Assembly: GCA_964354805.1 (NCBI GenBank)
Contig: CAYHBD010000007.1
Coordinates: 1-30,044 of the forward strand
DNA length: 30,044 nt
Origin: an uncultured archaeon
GTDB taxonomy: Archaea; Iainarchaeota; Iainarchaeia; Iainarchaeales; GCA-2688035
Direction of reading: 5' to 3'
Within the stretch, counting starts at the first letter, position 1; each line of letters opens with the position of its first letter. Made by a program: the position numbers and the translations under genes. Positions 18,239 through 28,021 of the stretch are shown piece after piece. Below the pieces are notes generated by a model, which ran no database searches, had not been told where the DNA came from, and saw only the letters and a program-made list of their open reading frames with translations.

Positions 18239-19032
18239 CCCTTCTCCAGTTTCTTTTTCGCTTCAGGCAGCTTTTCCATCAAATCTTTTGCATTCCACAT
18301 GCTGCCCTTTTCTTTCTGCAGCAGTTCTGCTGCATACTTGTTAAGGAAACAGCCTGCTTTCGCCGCCTGCAGCAGCGGGTTTTTTGCGGCAAAGCCTACA
18401 ATCAGGCCGGCAAGCACATCGCCTGTTCCTCCAGTTGTCATTGTTGGCGAGCCGCCCTTGTTTTCAAAAATCTGCTTTCCATCGCTGATGTAATCGGTTG
18501 CTCCCTTCAGGACAACAACGCATTTGAATTGGCGTGCTGCTTTTAAGGCGTTTTCTTTTGTCGGCTGCATTTTGAACAATTGCCTGAATTCGCTTGCGTG
18601 CGGTGTTACAATGCAGTTGCCGTGCAGCCATCTTGGGTCAATTATGCGCAGTGCGGTTGCGTCTATTACAAAGCGCTTCAGCCTGTTTTTTGCAATCAGA
18701 CTGTGCAGCCTGTCCCGCATGCTTTGCGTTTGCTCCAACCCAGGACCGACAAGAATTGAATCAACCTTCGGCAGGACTGTTTTCAGGTCATTGAATTGCA
18801 GCACAATGAATTCAGGAGAAAAGTTTTTTATTGCCTGCATGTTTTCAGGCGCTGTTGCAAAGTAAACAAGGTCAACTATTCTGCTTGCTGTTACCCCTGA
18901 AAAAATCGCTGCGCCGTGGTACTGGGTGCTACCTGCAACAAGAAGGACAATTCCATTTTCGCCCTTGTGGCTTTTTTTCTTCCTCTTTGCAAGGCCAAGG
19001 ACATCCGCCTTGCTTGTTTGCTGTACAGGCAT
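18235..19032 (-). CDS. nnrD: ADP-dependent NAD(P)HX dehydratase
   Basis: SHKGENG, VGPGL, VIDATAL, TPHASEF, VVLKG, GGTGDVLAG. Confidence 0.93.
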   Translation of the reverse strand: MPVQQTSKADVLGLAKRKKKSHKGENGIVLLVAGSTQYHGAAIFSGVTASRIVDLVYFATAPENMQAIKNFSPEFIVLQFNDLKTVLPKVDSILVGPGLEQTQSMRDRLHSLIAKNRLKRFVIDATALRIIDPRWLHGNCIVTPHASEFRQLFKMQPTKENALKAARQFKCVVVLKGATDYISDGKQIFENKGGSPTMTTGGTGDVLAGLIVGFAAKNPLLQAAKAGCFLNKYAAELLQKEKGSMWNAKDLMEKLPEAKKKLEKG

Positions 19033-19091
19033 GGGAAAAACAGGTATTAATGAATATAGAAAAACATAAAATTTGTTGGTAAGCTATTGTT

Positions 19092-20237
19092 TTGGGGGAT
19101 TGCTTGAATACTTCTGTTAAAAACGCTTTAGAGATTGCTTTAAGCAGCCTGCGGCTTTGCTATACTGATAAAGGCATTTTGGCTGGCAGGAGAAGCAAGA
19201 AATACAACCAGTACTGGGCAAGGAACAGCTTTTTTGCTTCTTATGGCGCATTGGCTGCCGGAGATGCAGAGCAGGTTAAAAAGAACCTTCAGCTGTTTGC
19301 AAGCAAGCAGCACAGGAACGGGATAATTGCAAACCAGATAAGCAGGAAGCTTAAGCCCAGGTTTAAATTGCTGATTGGCAGTGTCATTGACAGCACTGCG
19401 TTGTTCATTATTTCTTTGAGCGAGTATGTTAAGGCAAGCAATGACCTTGATTTTGCCGCTGAAAGATTCGGCAATGCAAAGAAGGCAATGCAGTTCCTGC
19501 ATTCAAAGGACAGGAACAATGATTTTTTGATTGAGGAAAGGCTTTTCGCAAACTGGGCTGAAACAGTGCTGCGCTTCGGGAATGTTTTGTACACAAACTG
19601 CTGCTATTTCAAGGCAATAGAGGAATTCGGCCAATTGTGCGATTTGCTTGACAAAAACCTGCTGGCAGCGCAGTATAAAAGGCTGGCTGCAAAAACAAAG
19701 GAGAAAATCAATGGAATGTTCTGGTATGGAAACTATTATTTGGACTGGATTGACATCAGAAAGCAGGACTTTTTTGCATGCGACGGAAACCTTTTGGCAA
19801 TTGAATGGGGCATTGCTGACAAAGAGCAGAGCCAGATGATTTTGAACAAAATAAAACAGCACCAGCTGAACAAGGTTCCATTGCGGACGAATTATCCCCT
19901 TTACCCGATCTGGCGAATCCCGATTACATTGCTGCCGCTGGCTGCATACCATTACCATAACGGCTTCAGCTGGCCATGGCTTGGATGCCTGAATGCAGTT
20001 GCCCTGCAGAAAGTAGGATGGCACAATGATGCGAAAAAGGAATTGAAAAAAGTTGCGGAGCTGATAAATGAAAACGGCGTAGTGCACGAGGTTTTTGATG
20101 AAAGGGGAAAGCCTGTTAATGGGCTTTTGCTGCAGAGCGAGCGCCCTTTCAGCTGGAATGCGGGCATGTTTGTATGGGCAGTGCATCAATTGCATGCAAA
20201 GGAAATGGGCTATTCCGAGCAAAGCGTTTTTAAATAA
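19092..20237 (+). CDS. Six-hairpin glycosidase-like protein (amylo-alpha-1,6-glucosidase / GH100-like)
   Basis: YWARNS, DSTALF, FACDGN, YHNGFSWPWLG, HEVF and FSWNAG motifs typical of (alpha/alpha)6 glycosidases. Confidence 0.75.
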   Translation: MGDCLNTSVKNALEIALSSLRLCYTDKGILAGRRSKKYNQYWARNSFFASYGALAAGDAEQVKKNLQLFASKQHRNGIIANQISRKLKPRFKLLIGSVIDSTALFIISLSEYVKASNDLDFAAERFGNAKKAMQFLHSKDRNNDFLIEERLFANWAETVLRFGNVLYTNCCYFKAIEEFGQLCDLLDKNLLAAQYKRLAAKTKEKINGMFWYGNYYLDWIDIRKQDFFACDGNLLAIEWGIADKEQSQMILNKIKQHQLNKVPLRTNYPLYPIWRIPITLLPLAAYHYHNGFSWPWLGCLNAVALQKVGWHNDAKKELKKVAELINENGVVHEVFDERGKPVNGLLLQSERPFSWNAGMFVWAVHQLHAKEMGYSEQSVFK

Positions 20238-20259
20238 GTTTAATTATTCTATTACTGCC

Positions 20260-21165
20260 ATGAACTGCATTGATGTTGACAGGATTTTCAAGAGATATGA
20301 GGACATTGATGCTGTTGACGGCATCAGCTTTTTTGTTGCAGAGGGCGAGCTTTTTGCTTTGCTTGGGCCGAATGGCGCCGGAAAAACCACCACAATCAGG
20401 ATGCTGCTTGACATAATAAAGCCAGACAAGGGCGAAATAATGTTTTTTGGCAAGCAGTTCAGCGAAAGCACCAAAGCCCAGATTGGCTACCTGCCTGAGG
20501 AACGCGGCTTGTATGACAACCTTACCGTAATGCAGAATATCCTTTATCTTGCTTCTTTGAAAGGCGCACCGAAGGATATGGTCAAGAAAAATGCTCTTGA
20601 TTTGCTTAAGCAGGTTGATTTGCTGTCTTACATTGACAAAAAGGTCAATACTTTGAGCAAGGGAATGCGGCAGCTGGTGCAATTGATTGCAACCCTTGTG
20701 CATGAGCCAAAGCTACTTATTTTGGATGAGCCTTTTTCAGGCCTTGACCCTGCAAACAGGGAGGTTGTGAAGAGAATAATTCTGCTTCAGAAGGAACAGC
20801 ACAGGACAATTATTTTAAGCACCCACATGATGAATGAAGTGGAAGAATTGTGCGACAGGATTTTGATGATTAACAGGGGAAGAAGGGTTTTATACGGCAC
20901 TTTGGAGGACATTAAGGAGAGGTATGCAAAAAACTGCGTTTTCATTGAATTTGAAGGAACTCTGCCAAAGCTGGATGGCGTTGAAAAAGCAGACATCAAG
21001 AAGAACACGGCTGAATTGTATCTGCGGGTTGATGTAAGCCCGCAGCAGATTCTTAAGCAGCTGGTTGAAAAGAATGTTGATGTCTGGAGATTTGATGTAA
21101 GGGAAATGAGCCTGAATGAAATATTCGTTAAATTGGTGGAGGCGGAGAGATGGATAAGAGTCTGA
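20260..21165 (+). CDS. ABC transporter ATP-binding protein (NatA/YhaQ-like)
   Basis: GPNGAGKTT, LSKGM, LILDEPFSGLDP, STH. Confidence 0.95.
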   Translation: MNCIDVDRIFKRYEDIDAVDGISFFVAEGELFALLGPNGAGKTTTIRMLLDIIKPDKGEIMFFGKQFSESTKAQIGYLPEERGLYDNLTVMQNILYLASLKGAPKDMVKKNALDLLKQVDLLSYIDKKVNTLSKGMRQLVQLIATLVHEPKLLILDEPFSGLDPANREVVKRIILLQKEQHRTIILSTHMMNEVEELCDRILMINRGRRVLYGTLEDIKERYAKNCVFIEFEGTLPKLDGVEKADIKKNTAELYLRVDVSPQQILKQLVEKNVDVWRFDVREMSLNEIFVKLVEAERWIRV

Positions 21166-22022
21166 CAATTGCGATTCACGAATTCAAAGTGAATCTGCGC
21201 AGAAAGGAATACATTTTCTTTGCGTTTGTTCTGCCAGCAATGCTGCTGTTGCTTGTAACGGTTTTTTCCCTAAGCGGAAAGCAATTCGATTTAATGGATT
21301 TCAGGGGGTGGCAGCAAAGCAATTTGTTTTTCGCTTTCCCCTCAACTATTGCAATGATATTCAGCCTCGCAATCTTTTTGTCAGCAAACTTTTTATTGCA
21401 GGGGATTGCGCAGGAAAAAGAGAACAAGATAATGGAAGTGCTGCTTTCATCAATCTCATTCAGGCAGCTGCTGACAGGAAAAATACTCGGCCTGGCAATG
21501 CTTGGCCTTATCCAGTTTTTCAGCTGGGTTGCTGTTGGATTGGTTACAATATCAGTAATGGCGCCCGATATTCTCACAAGGGCAGCTGAAAAATTCGTTG
21601 CAACTGAAGCAATCCTGCTTTACTTCATTTTCTTCATCCTTGGATACATTCTGTACGCTTCCCTGCTCGCTGCAATCGGAGCGCTTATTGAAACAAGGGG
21701 CGAAGCCCAGCAGATTGGCGGCCTGCTGACGGTCTTTATGCTGATTCCAGCAATCAGCACAATGTTTTTGTCAAGCGAACAGGCATCAGGCATCATCACA
21801 GCCCTGACACTGTTTCCCTTGACAGCACCGATAACAGCAATGATCAGGATTTTTATGAGAACACTGCCGATGTATGAGGCAATAGCAAGCATTGCAATTA
21901 TGATTGCAACAATAATAGTGATGATTCTTGCAACAGCAAGACTGTTCAGGGTTGAGCTGCTGATGCAGGGAAAGCGCTTTTCAGCAAAAGAACTAATCAG
22001 GATTGTGGTAAAAGGAAAATAG
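21150..22022 (+). CDS. ABC-2 type permease (NatB/YhaP-like)
   Basis: EKENKIMEVLLSS...LLTGKILG; multiple TM helices; overlaps the ATPase gene end. Confidence 0.92.
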   Translation: MDKSLTIAIHEFKVNLRRKEYIFFAFVLPAMLLLLVTVFSLSGKQFDLMDFRGWQQSNLFFAFPSTIAMIFSLAIFLSANFLLQGIAQEKENKIMEVLLSSISFRQLLTGKILGLAMLGLIQFFSWVAVGLVTISVMAPDILTRAAEKFVATEAILLYFIFFILGYILYASLLAAIGALIETRGEAQQIGGLLTVFMLIPAISTMFLSSEQASGIITALTLFPLTAPITAMIRIFMRTLPMYEAIASIAIMIATIIVMILATARLFRVELLMQGKRFSAKELIRIVVKGK

Positions 22023-22087
22023 CCAGCACCAACCCATGAAAAAAACAATTTAATAACTTTGCGGCAGGAATTAATGGGAAACAAAAA

Positions 22088-22699
22088 ATGAAAAAAGAAG
22101 TTATTGCAGCAATCGCAATTGCATTAATTGCACTCAGCGGCTGCACCCAGCAGCCTGCTGCGGGAGGTGATGAAATGCCGACAATTAGCGGGAAAAATGT
22201 TCTGCTGATAATCGCGCCAAGCAATTTCAGGGACGAAGAACTGTTTGACACAAAAGCCGAACTGGAGAAAGCAGGCGCAACAACAATAATCGCAAGCAGG
22301 CAAACAGGCACAATAACCGGAATGCTTGGCGGAACAGCAAAGGCAACGCTTTCATTAAGCGCGGTAAAAGCATCGGATTTTGATGCCGTTGTTTTCATCG
22401 GGGGAGGAGGCGCAAGCGCCTACTTCAATGATTCAACAGCCCAGAAAATCGCAAAAGATGCAGCAGCGCAGGGAAAAGTGCTTGCAGCAATATGCATTGC
22501 ACCAAGCATTCTGGCAAACGCAGGCCTGCTGCAAGGGAAGAATGCAACTGCATTCAGCAGCGAATCAGGCAATCTTGAGGCAAACGGAGCAAACTATACA
22601 GGCCAAGCAGTGACAGTTGACGGAAAAATCATAACTGCAAACGGCCCGGCAGCAGCGAAACAATTCGGAAAAGAAATAGTCAAAGCGCTAGCGGGGTAA
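22088..22699 (+). CDS. DJ-1/PfpI family protein with lipoprotein-like signal
   Basis: FRDEEL, FIGGGGA, AAICIAP, IITANGP; N-terminal LSGC lipobox. Confidence 0.92.
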   Translation: MKKEVIAAIAIALIALSGCTQQPAAGGDEMPTISGKNVLLIIAPSNFRDEELFDTKAELEKAGATTIIASRQTGTITGMLGGTAKATLSLSAVKASDFDAVVFIGGGGASAYFNDSTAQKIAKDAAAQGKVLAAICIAPSILANAGLLQGKNATAFSSESGNLEANGANYTGQAVTVDGKIITANGPAAAKQFGKEIVKALAG

Positions 22700-22712
22700 A
22701 GAGACTTTTATC

Positions 22713-22794
22713 GCGAGCCGAAGGCGAGCAAATGACATCTCGAGCAACCGAAGGTTGCGAAGATGGCATAAATCACACTCGGATTTTTCCGAGT
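22713..22794. repeat. Cluster of three hairpins between the DJ-1 gene and tRNA-Ala
   Basis: GCGAGCC-GAA-GGCGAGC, CATCTCGAGCAACC-GAA-GGTTGCGAAGATG and ACTCGGA-TTTT-TCCGAGT. Confidence 0.75.
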
Positions 22795-22795
22795 A

Positions 22796-22867
22796 TGGAC
22801 CCTGCGGGAATCGAACCCGCGGTCTCCTCGTTGCGAACGAGGCGTCTTACCACTCGACTAAAGGCCC
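22796..22867 (-). tRNA. tRNA-Ala(CGC)
   Basis: GGGCCTT/AGGGTCC acceptor with G3-U70, CCTCG-TTCGCAA-CGAGG anticodon arm, GCGGG-TTCGATT-CCCGC T arm. Confidence 0.96.
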
Positions 22868-22892
22868 TTAAAAATAAATAGAATTGTTGGAT

Positions 22893-23699
22893 TTAAAACC
22901 TTGTTGCTTTCTTCATTGAAAAAGCGAATTTTTGAATCTCTTTTAGCATTTTTCTTTCGTTTCCCAGGCTTCTCTTAATTAAATCGACTATTGCGCTTCC
23001 GACAATTGCCCCTTGGGCGCCTGCTGCAATCACTTGCCTCGCATGCTCCGACCTGCTTATTCCGAATCCAACGCATAAAGGCAGCTTTGTGGAATGCCTT
23101 GTTCTCTTAATCAGCTGAATTGTTCTTTTCTGCAACTGCTGCCTTGCGCCTGTAACGCCGAGCAGTGAAACAATGTAAACATAGCCGGTGCAATTGCGCA
23201 ATATTTTCAGCATTCTCTTTTTTGTTGTTACAGGGCTGACAATGAAAACCTGCTCAATTCCATGCTTTCTCGAAGCCTTGAGCAATGGTTTTGCTTCTTC
23301 CAGCGGGCAGTCTGCTGCAAGCAGCGCATCAACCCCTGCCTTTTTTGCATCTGCATAGAATTTTTCAATGCCCCTCTGCATCACCAAATTGTAGTAAATC
23401 AGCAAACTGATTGGAATTCGTTTGTCAAATGCCCTTATTTTTTTAATCAAACCAAAGCATTTGTCAGTGTTCATTCCTTTTGCAAGCGCCCTCTGGTCAG
23501 CTTCCTGAATTGTCTTGCCATCGGCAATAGGGTCACTGAAAGCGAATCCCAATTCCAAAGCATCTGCTCCGGAGTTGATTAATGTTTTAATAATTTTGAA
23601 AGAAGTTTCCGCATTCGGGTCTCCAAGCACAACGAACGGAATGAAAGCACCCTCTTTTCTCGCCTTTAATTCCCTGAACCGCTCACTAAATCTGCTCAT
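22893..23699 (-). CDS. trpA: Tryptophan synthase alpha chain
   Basis: [38 protein letters not shown]. Confidence 0.97.
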   Translation of the reverse strand: MSRFSERFRELKARKEGAFIPFVVLGDPNAETSFKIIKTLINSGADALELGFAFSDPIADGKTIQEADQRALAKGMNTDKCFGLIKKIRAFDKRIPISLLIYYNLVMQRGIEKFYADAKKAGVDALLAADCPLEEAKPLLKASRKHGIEQVFIVSPVTTKKRMLKILRNCTGYVYIVSLLGVTGARQQLQKRTIQLIKRTRHSTKLPLCVGFGISRSEHARQVIAAGAQGAIVGSAIVDLIKRSLGNERKMLKEIQKFAFSMKKATRF

Positions 23700-24883
23700 T
23701 TTCGCATCCCCAGTTCTTTTACGGCAATATCCAAGTCCTTGTCTCCCCTTCCGCTCAAATTGACTATGACAATGTCATTGCGCTTGCATCTCTTCGCATA
23801 TTTCAGCAGATAAGCAACAGCATGCGCGCTCTCCAGAGCTGGAATAATGCCCTCTTCCTCGCTCAGCAATTTGAACGCATTCAAAGCCTCTTTGTCTGTT
23901 GCGTAAGTGTACTTTGCCCTGCCGAGCTCTCTCAGCAGGCTGTGCTCTGGCCCGACAGCGCAGTAATCTAGGCCTGCTGAAACACTGTGCGTGTTGTAAA
24001 TCTGCCCGAATTTGTCCTGCAGAACATAAGTCATTGTTCCATGCACTACGCCAACTCTTCCAATCTTTCTATCAGCGAATCTTGCAGCGTGCTTTCCGCT
24101 CTCTATTCCCAGGCCGCCTGCCTCTACTCCAATCAATTCAACTTTTTTGAATGGCAAAAATGCCTTGAATATTCCAATTGAGTTTGAGCCTCCGCCAACG
24201 CATGCAATGATTGCTTTCGGCATTCTCCCTTCAGCTTTCAAAATCTGCCTTTTTGTTTCTCTCCCTATAATGCTCTGGAAGTGCGCAACCATTGTGGGAT
24301 AGGGGTGAGGCCCTAGAACTGATCCAAGCAAATAGTGCGTTGTCTCGCAACTCGCTGTCCAATCCCGCAAGCATTCGTTAATTGCATCCTTTAAGGTTCT
24401 GCTCCCGCTGCTTACCGGAATCACGTTTGCTCCGGCCAACTGCATCCTGTAAACATTCGGCTTTTGCCTTTCAATGTCAACTTCGCCCATGTAAATATCG
24501 CATTGCATTCCAACCTTTGCTGCTGCTACTGCTGTTGCAAATCCGTGCTGCCCAGCGCCTGTTTCAGCAATAATTCGCTTCTTCCCCATGTATTTTGCAA
24601 GCAGCGCCTGCCCTAATGCATTGTTTATTTTGTGCGCTCCAGTGTGCGCCAAATCCTCTCTCTTCAGATAAACCTTGCAGCCCAGCCTCTTGCTCAGGTT
24701 TTCCGCAAAAGAAAGCGGTGTCGGCCTTCCTGCATAGCCCTTGAGCAGTTGGTTGAATTCCCTGTTGAATTTTTTGTTAGCCTTGAATTTGTAGAACGCC
24801 TGCTGCAGTTCTTCAAGCGCCGGCATAAGTGTTTCAGGCACGTAAATTCCGCCGTATTTTCCAAACCGAGCTTTTCCAATCAT
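23696..24883 (-). CDS. trpB: Tryptophan synthase beta chain
   Basis: [47 protein letters not shown]. Confidence 0.98.
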   Translation of the reverse strand: MIGKARFGKYGGIYVPETLMPALEELQQAFYKFKANKKFNREFNQLLKGYAGRPTPLSFAENLSKRLGCKVYLKREDLAHTGAHKINNALGQALLAKYMGKKRIIAETGAGQHGFATAVAAAKVGMQCDIYMGEVDIERQKPNVYRMQLAGANVIPVSSGSRTLKDAINECLRDWTASCETTHYLLGSVLGPHPYPTMVAHFQSIIGRETKRQILKAEGRMPKAIIACVGGGSNSIGIFKAFLPFKKVELIGVEAGGLGIESGKHAARFADRKIGRVGVVHGTMTYVLQDKFGQIYNTHSVSAGLDYCAVGPEHSLLRELGRAKYTYATDKEALNAFKLLSEEEGIIPALESAHAVAYLLKYAKRCKRNDIVIVNLSGRGDKDLDIAVKELGMRK

Positions 24884-25533
24884 TGCGCTTTCGCCCTCTC
24901 AATGAATTTCTTCAATTTATTTAAGTCAATCTTTCTTTTATTGTTTTGCATCTTCACTCCGCTGTTCACATCAACGCCAAAAGGCTTAACTTGCTCAATC
25001 GCTTTTGCAATGTTTTCCGGCGTCAGGCCGCCTGCCAAAAAAACCGGCTTGCCGCACTCCGCAACAATTTTTGCCGCAATTTTCCAGTCCGCTTTTTTTC
25101 CAGTTCCACCGAGCTTTCTGCCGCTTTTTGAATCCAGTATAATGAAATCAACCGCGCTTTCAAAATGCTTTGCCTTTTCAATTGCTTTTTTATCCATTGC
25201 ATGCACGGTTTTAAAAATTTTCAGGGAAGGCATCAATTGGCGCAATTTCCCAATTTCCTCAACAGGCAGTTCTTTAACCAAGTGGATGGCATCTGCTCCA
25301 ATAAAACTGGACAAGCCGGCAATTTCTTCGCCTTTAACCAAATCGGTTAATGCAACCAGCGGAACATTTCCCTTCAATTGCTCAAACAATTCCCTTGCCT
25401 CTTCCCTTTCAACACCCCTCTCAGCACCGAATATTTCCACAACAAAACCAAGATAGTCTGCTCCCTGCCTTATTGCAGCAAAGCCATCCTCGGCATTCGT
25501 GATTCCGCAGATTTTCACTTTAACCATATTCAA
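24880..25533 (-). CDS. trpF: Phosphoribosylanthranilate isomerase
   Basis: [30 protein letters not shown]; ATG 25527 is an alternative start. Confidence 0.95.
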   Translation of the reverse strand: MNMVKVKICGITNAEDGFAAIRQGADYLGFVVEIFGAERGVEREEARELFEQLKGNVPLVALTDLVKGEEIAGLSSFIGADAIHLVKELPVEEIGKLRQLMPSLKIFKTVHAMDKKAIEKAKHFESAVDFIILDSKSGRKLGGTGKKADWKIAAKIVAECGKPVFLAGGLTPENIAKAIEQVKPFGVDVNSGVKMQNNKRKIDLNKLKKFIERAKAQ

Positions 25534-26309
25534 AACCCCAGCTCAAGCAATTTTGCCTCAATGTCCTGCACCTTCATAAAAGCGCTTCCAATTAGAACGG
25601 CATCAACTTTTCCCTTCACTGCCTCAATGTCCTTTGCCGAATTGAATCCCGATTCGCTTACAATTGTTTTCTCTTCAGGCAGCATGCTTCGCAAGCAAGC
25701 AGTGGTCCTCAAATCAACCTTCAACGTTGCCAAATCCCTGTTATTGATTCCGACAATTTCAGCCCTTGCAGCCAAAGCCTTGTCAACATCATAGCCTGAA
25801 TGCACTTCAACTAGGCACTGCAATCCAATGCTCCCTGCAACAGAGTGCAGCTTGCGCAGCTTTTCCTTTGCAAGCCCTGCAGCAATCAATAGGATTGCAT
25901 CTGCTCCAGCAGCCCTTGCTTCAAATAATTGATACTCATCTATAATGAAATCCTTTTGCAGCACTGGCAGAGCTGTTGCTTCCTTAACCTGTTGTACATA
26001 CTCAAGCTTTCCCTGAAAATATTTTTCATCAGTTAAAACGCTTATTGCCTGCGCGTGCTTATTGTAAACACCTGCAATCTGCAGCAAATCAAATTTCTCC
26101 CTCAAAACCCCCTCGCTTGGGCTTGCTTTCTTTATTTCCGCGATCAGATTGATTGGCCTTTGCGTTGAGCTGATTGCTTCCTCGAAATTCCGCACCGGAA
26201 ATTTATCCAAGCGCTTTTTCAATTCCAGCAGCGGCAGCTTCTTTTTTCTCGCTTCCACTTCCTTTTCCTTGTTCTGCAGAATCTCCTTCAGCAAATTCGG
26301 CTTCTTCAT
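25530..26309 (-). CDS. trpC: Indole-3-glycerol phosphate synthase
   Basis: IAEIKKASPSEG, SVLTDEKYFQG, KDFIIDEYQ, GINNRDL, SESG. Confidence 0.97.
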   Translation of the reverse strand: MKKPNLLKEILQNKEKEVEARKKKLPLLELKKRLDKFPVRNFEEAISSTQRPINLIAEIKKASPSEGVLREKFDLLQIAGVYNKHAQAISVLTDEKYFQGKLEYVQQVKEATALPVLQKDFIIDEYQLFEARAAGADAILLIAAGLAKEKLRKLHSVAGSIGLQCLVEVHSGYDVDKALAARAEIVGINNRDLATLKVDLRTTACLRSMLPEEKTIVSESGFNSAKDIEAVKGKVDAVLIGSAFMKVQDIEAKLLELGF

Positions 26310-26373
26310 TTTTTATCCCTTTTTTCACCTGCAAGAAATGCTTTTATATTGGTTTTGGGTAATATTACATATT

Positions 26374-26505
26374 ATGAATAATAAAACTATTCAGGTTAGT
26401 AAAACAAAAGAAATTGCAGAGCTGATGCAGCAAATTGATGAGGCAAACAAGTCGCCTGCTTTCAGGAAAGCAGCCAAGCGATTTATAAAACAACAGACTT
26501 CTTGA
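26374..26505 (+). CDS. Small helical protein, putative antitoxin to the convergent PIN gene
   Basis: ATG ORF of 43 aa MNNKTIQVSKTKEIAELMQQIDEANKSPAFRKAAKRFIKQQTS; TTTTATAT box at 26342-26349; stop 5 nt from the PIN stop. Confidence 0.6.
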   Translation: MNNKTIQVSKTKEIAELMQQIDEANKSPAFRKAAKRFIKQQTS

Positions 26506-26510
26506 TTCTT

Positions 26511-27002
26511 TCATTCAATCAATTCCTTCAGCTGGTTTAACCCAATAAATGTCGGCGTTCTTAGGTTGTTTTTTTCATTCACTTTCTCAAAAGCCCGCCT
26601 AGCCTGTATTGAGCGCATTGTTTTATTGTCTTCGCTGCACACAATGTCAAGCTTGTTTAGGGAAGCGAGCGCAACTATCAAAAAATCATTCGTCATTTTT
26701 GCTGACGCCACATGCCCTTTGTATTCACGCTTATACTCTGAAGCCAAAAATTCAATTAAATCGGTTAAAGGAAGCGAATGCTTTCCAATAATAGCATCAT
26801 ACAAATTCAATGCAAGCATCCGCACTTTCCCATCCTCAATCGATTTCTCTTTCGGGATTGCCCTTAACTCACCTCTAACCACACTGCTGCCATAAACCAC
26901 AATGTTCTCTTCCTCCTGCAATTTCACAGCTATGCCCTTGAATTCACTCAATATAAGAAACCCATAAATATTTGTATCAAGCAAAAGACGCAATTGCTTC
27001 AT
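26511..27002 (-). CDS. PIN-domain (VapC-like) ribonuclease
   Basis: LLLDTNIY, VVRGEL, NDFLIVALA and CSED supply the four acidic PIN residues; ATGA overlap with the trpD stop. Confidence 0.85.
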   Translation of the reverse strand: MKQLRLLLDTNIYGFLILSEFKGIAVKLQEEENIVVYGSSVVRGELRAIPKEKSIEDGKVRMLALNLYDAIIGKHSLPLTDLIEFLASEYKREYKGHVASAKMTNDFLIVALASLNKLDIVCSEDNKTMRSIQARRAFEKVNEKNNLRTPTFIGLNQLKELIE

Positions 27003-28021
27003 TTGTTACTCGCCCCAATCAATTCATTCAATTTGCGCAAAGCATTTCCGCTCTCAATGCTTTCCCTTGCTTTCCCAATGCCATCTTTAATGCTGCCAGC
27101 CTTTCCGTTTGCATAAATCGCTGCCCCAGCATTCAACAAAACAATGTCTCTTTTCGCTCCCTTTTCTTTTCCGCTCAAAATGCTATGCAATATTTCAGCA
27201 TTTCGTTCAGCTGTTTCGCCTGCAACCTCTTCCTCCCTGCCCCTCTTGAGCCCAAACTGCTCTGGCGAAATCTCATAGCGCTTTACCTTTGCGCCCTGCA
27301 CCTCAAAAACAGTTGTTTTATCGCTCAGGCTGATTTCGTCAAAACCATCATTTCCATGCACAACCAATGCACGCTTCACTTTCAAGCCAGCAAGCACCTC
27401 TGCAAGCTTTTCCGCAAGCTGCAAATCGAATACCCCAAGCAGATATGTCTGCGCATTCGCAGGATTTGTTATTGGCCCGAGGATATTGAAAATTGTCCTT
27501 ATGCCAAGCATTTTCCTTGCAGGCATTGCATAGCGCATTGCCGGATGGTGGCATGGCGCGAAAAGGAAAGCGATTCCGATTTTTTCAATCAGCCCTGCAT
27601 TTTTCTCTGCCGGCAAATCAATTTTCACTCCAAGCTTTTCCAATACATCAGCTGCACCGCATTTGCTGCTCACGCTTCTGTTTCCGTGCTTTGCAACAAG
27701 GCAGCCTGCTCCTGCAGCAACAAAGGCAGAAGCAGTGCTTACATTGAAAGTGCCTTTCTTGTCTCCGCCTGTTCCAACAACATCAAGCAAATCGCCTTTC
27801 ACCTTGGGCTTCACGCAGGCAACAACGCTTCTCATACTCTCGGCTGCGCCGATTATTTCCTCAACAGCTTCCCCTTTTTCCGCAAGGGCTTTTAAAAATT
27901 CAGCCAATTTTTCTGTTGCAACCTTGCCATTCATTATTTCGTCAAAAAGCCGCTTTGCCTCCTGCCTGCTCAAATCCTTGCCTGCGCCTGCTTTTGCAAT
28001 CGCTTCTTCAATTTCACTCAT
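26999..28021 (-). CDS. trpD: Anthranilate phosphoribosyltransferase
   Basis: DVVGTGGD, FNVST, KHGNRSVSSKCGAAD, RTIFNILGP, DGFDE. Confidence 0.97.
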   Translation of the reverse strand: MSEIEEAIAKAGAGKDLSRQEAKRLFDEIMNGKVATEKLAEFLKALAEKGEAVEEIIGAAESMRSVVACVKPKVKGDLLDVVGTGGDKKGTFNVSTASAFVAAGAGCLVAKHGNRSVSSKCGAADVLEKLGVKIDLPAEKNAGLIEKIGIAFLFAPCHHPAMRYAMPARKMLGIRTIFNILGPITNPANAQTYLLGVFDLQLAEKLAEVLAGLKVKRALVVHGNDGFDEISLSDKTTVFEVQGAKVKRYEISPEQFGLKRGREEEVAGETAERNAEILHSILSGKEKGAKRDIVLLNAGAAIYANGKAGSIKDGIGKARESIESGNALRKLNELIGASNK

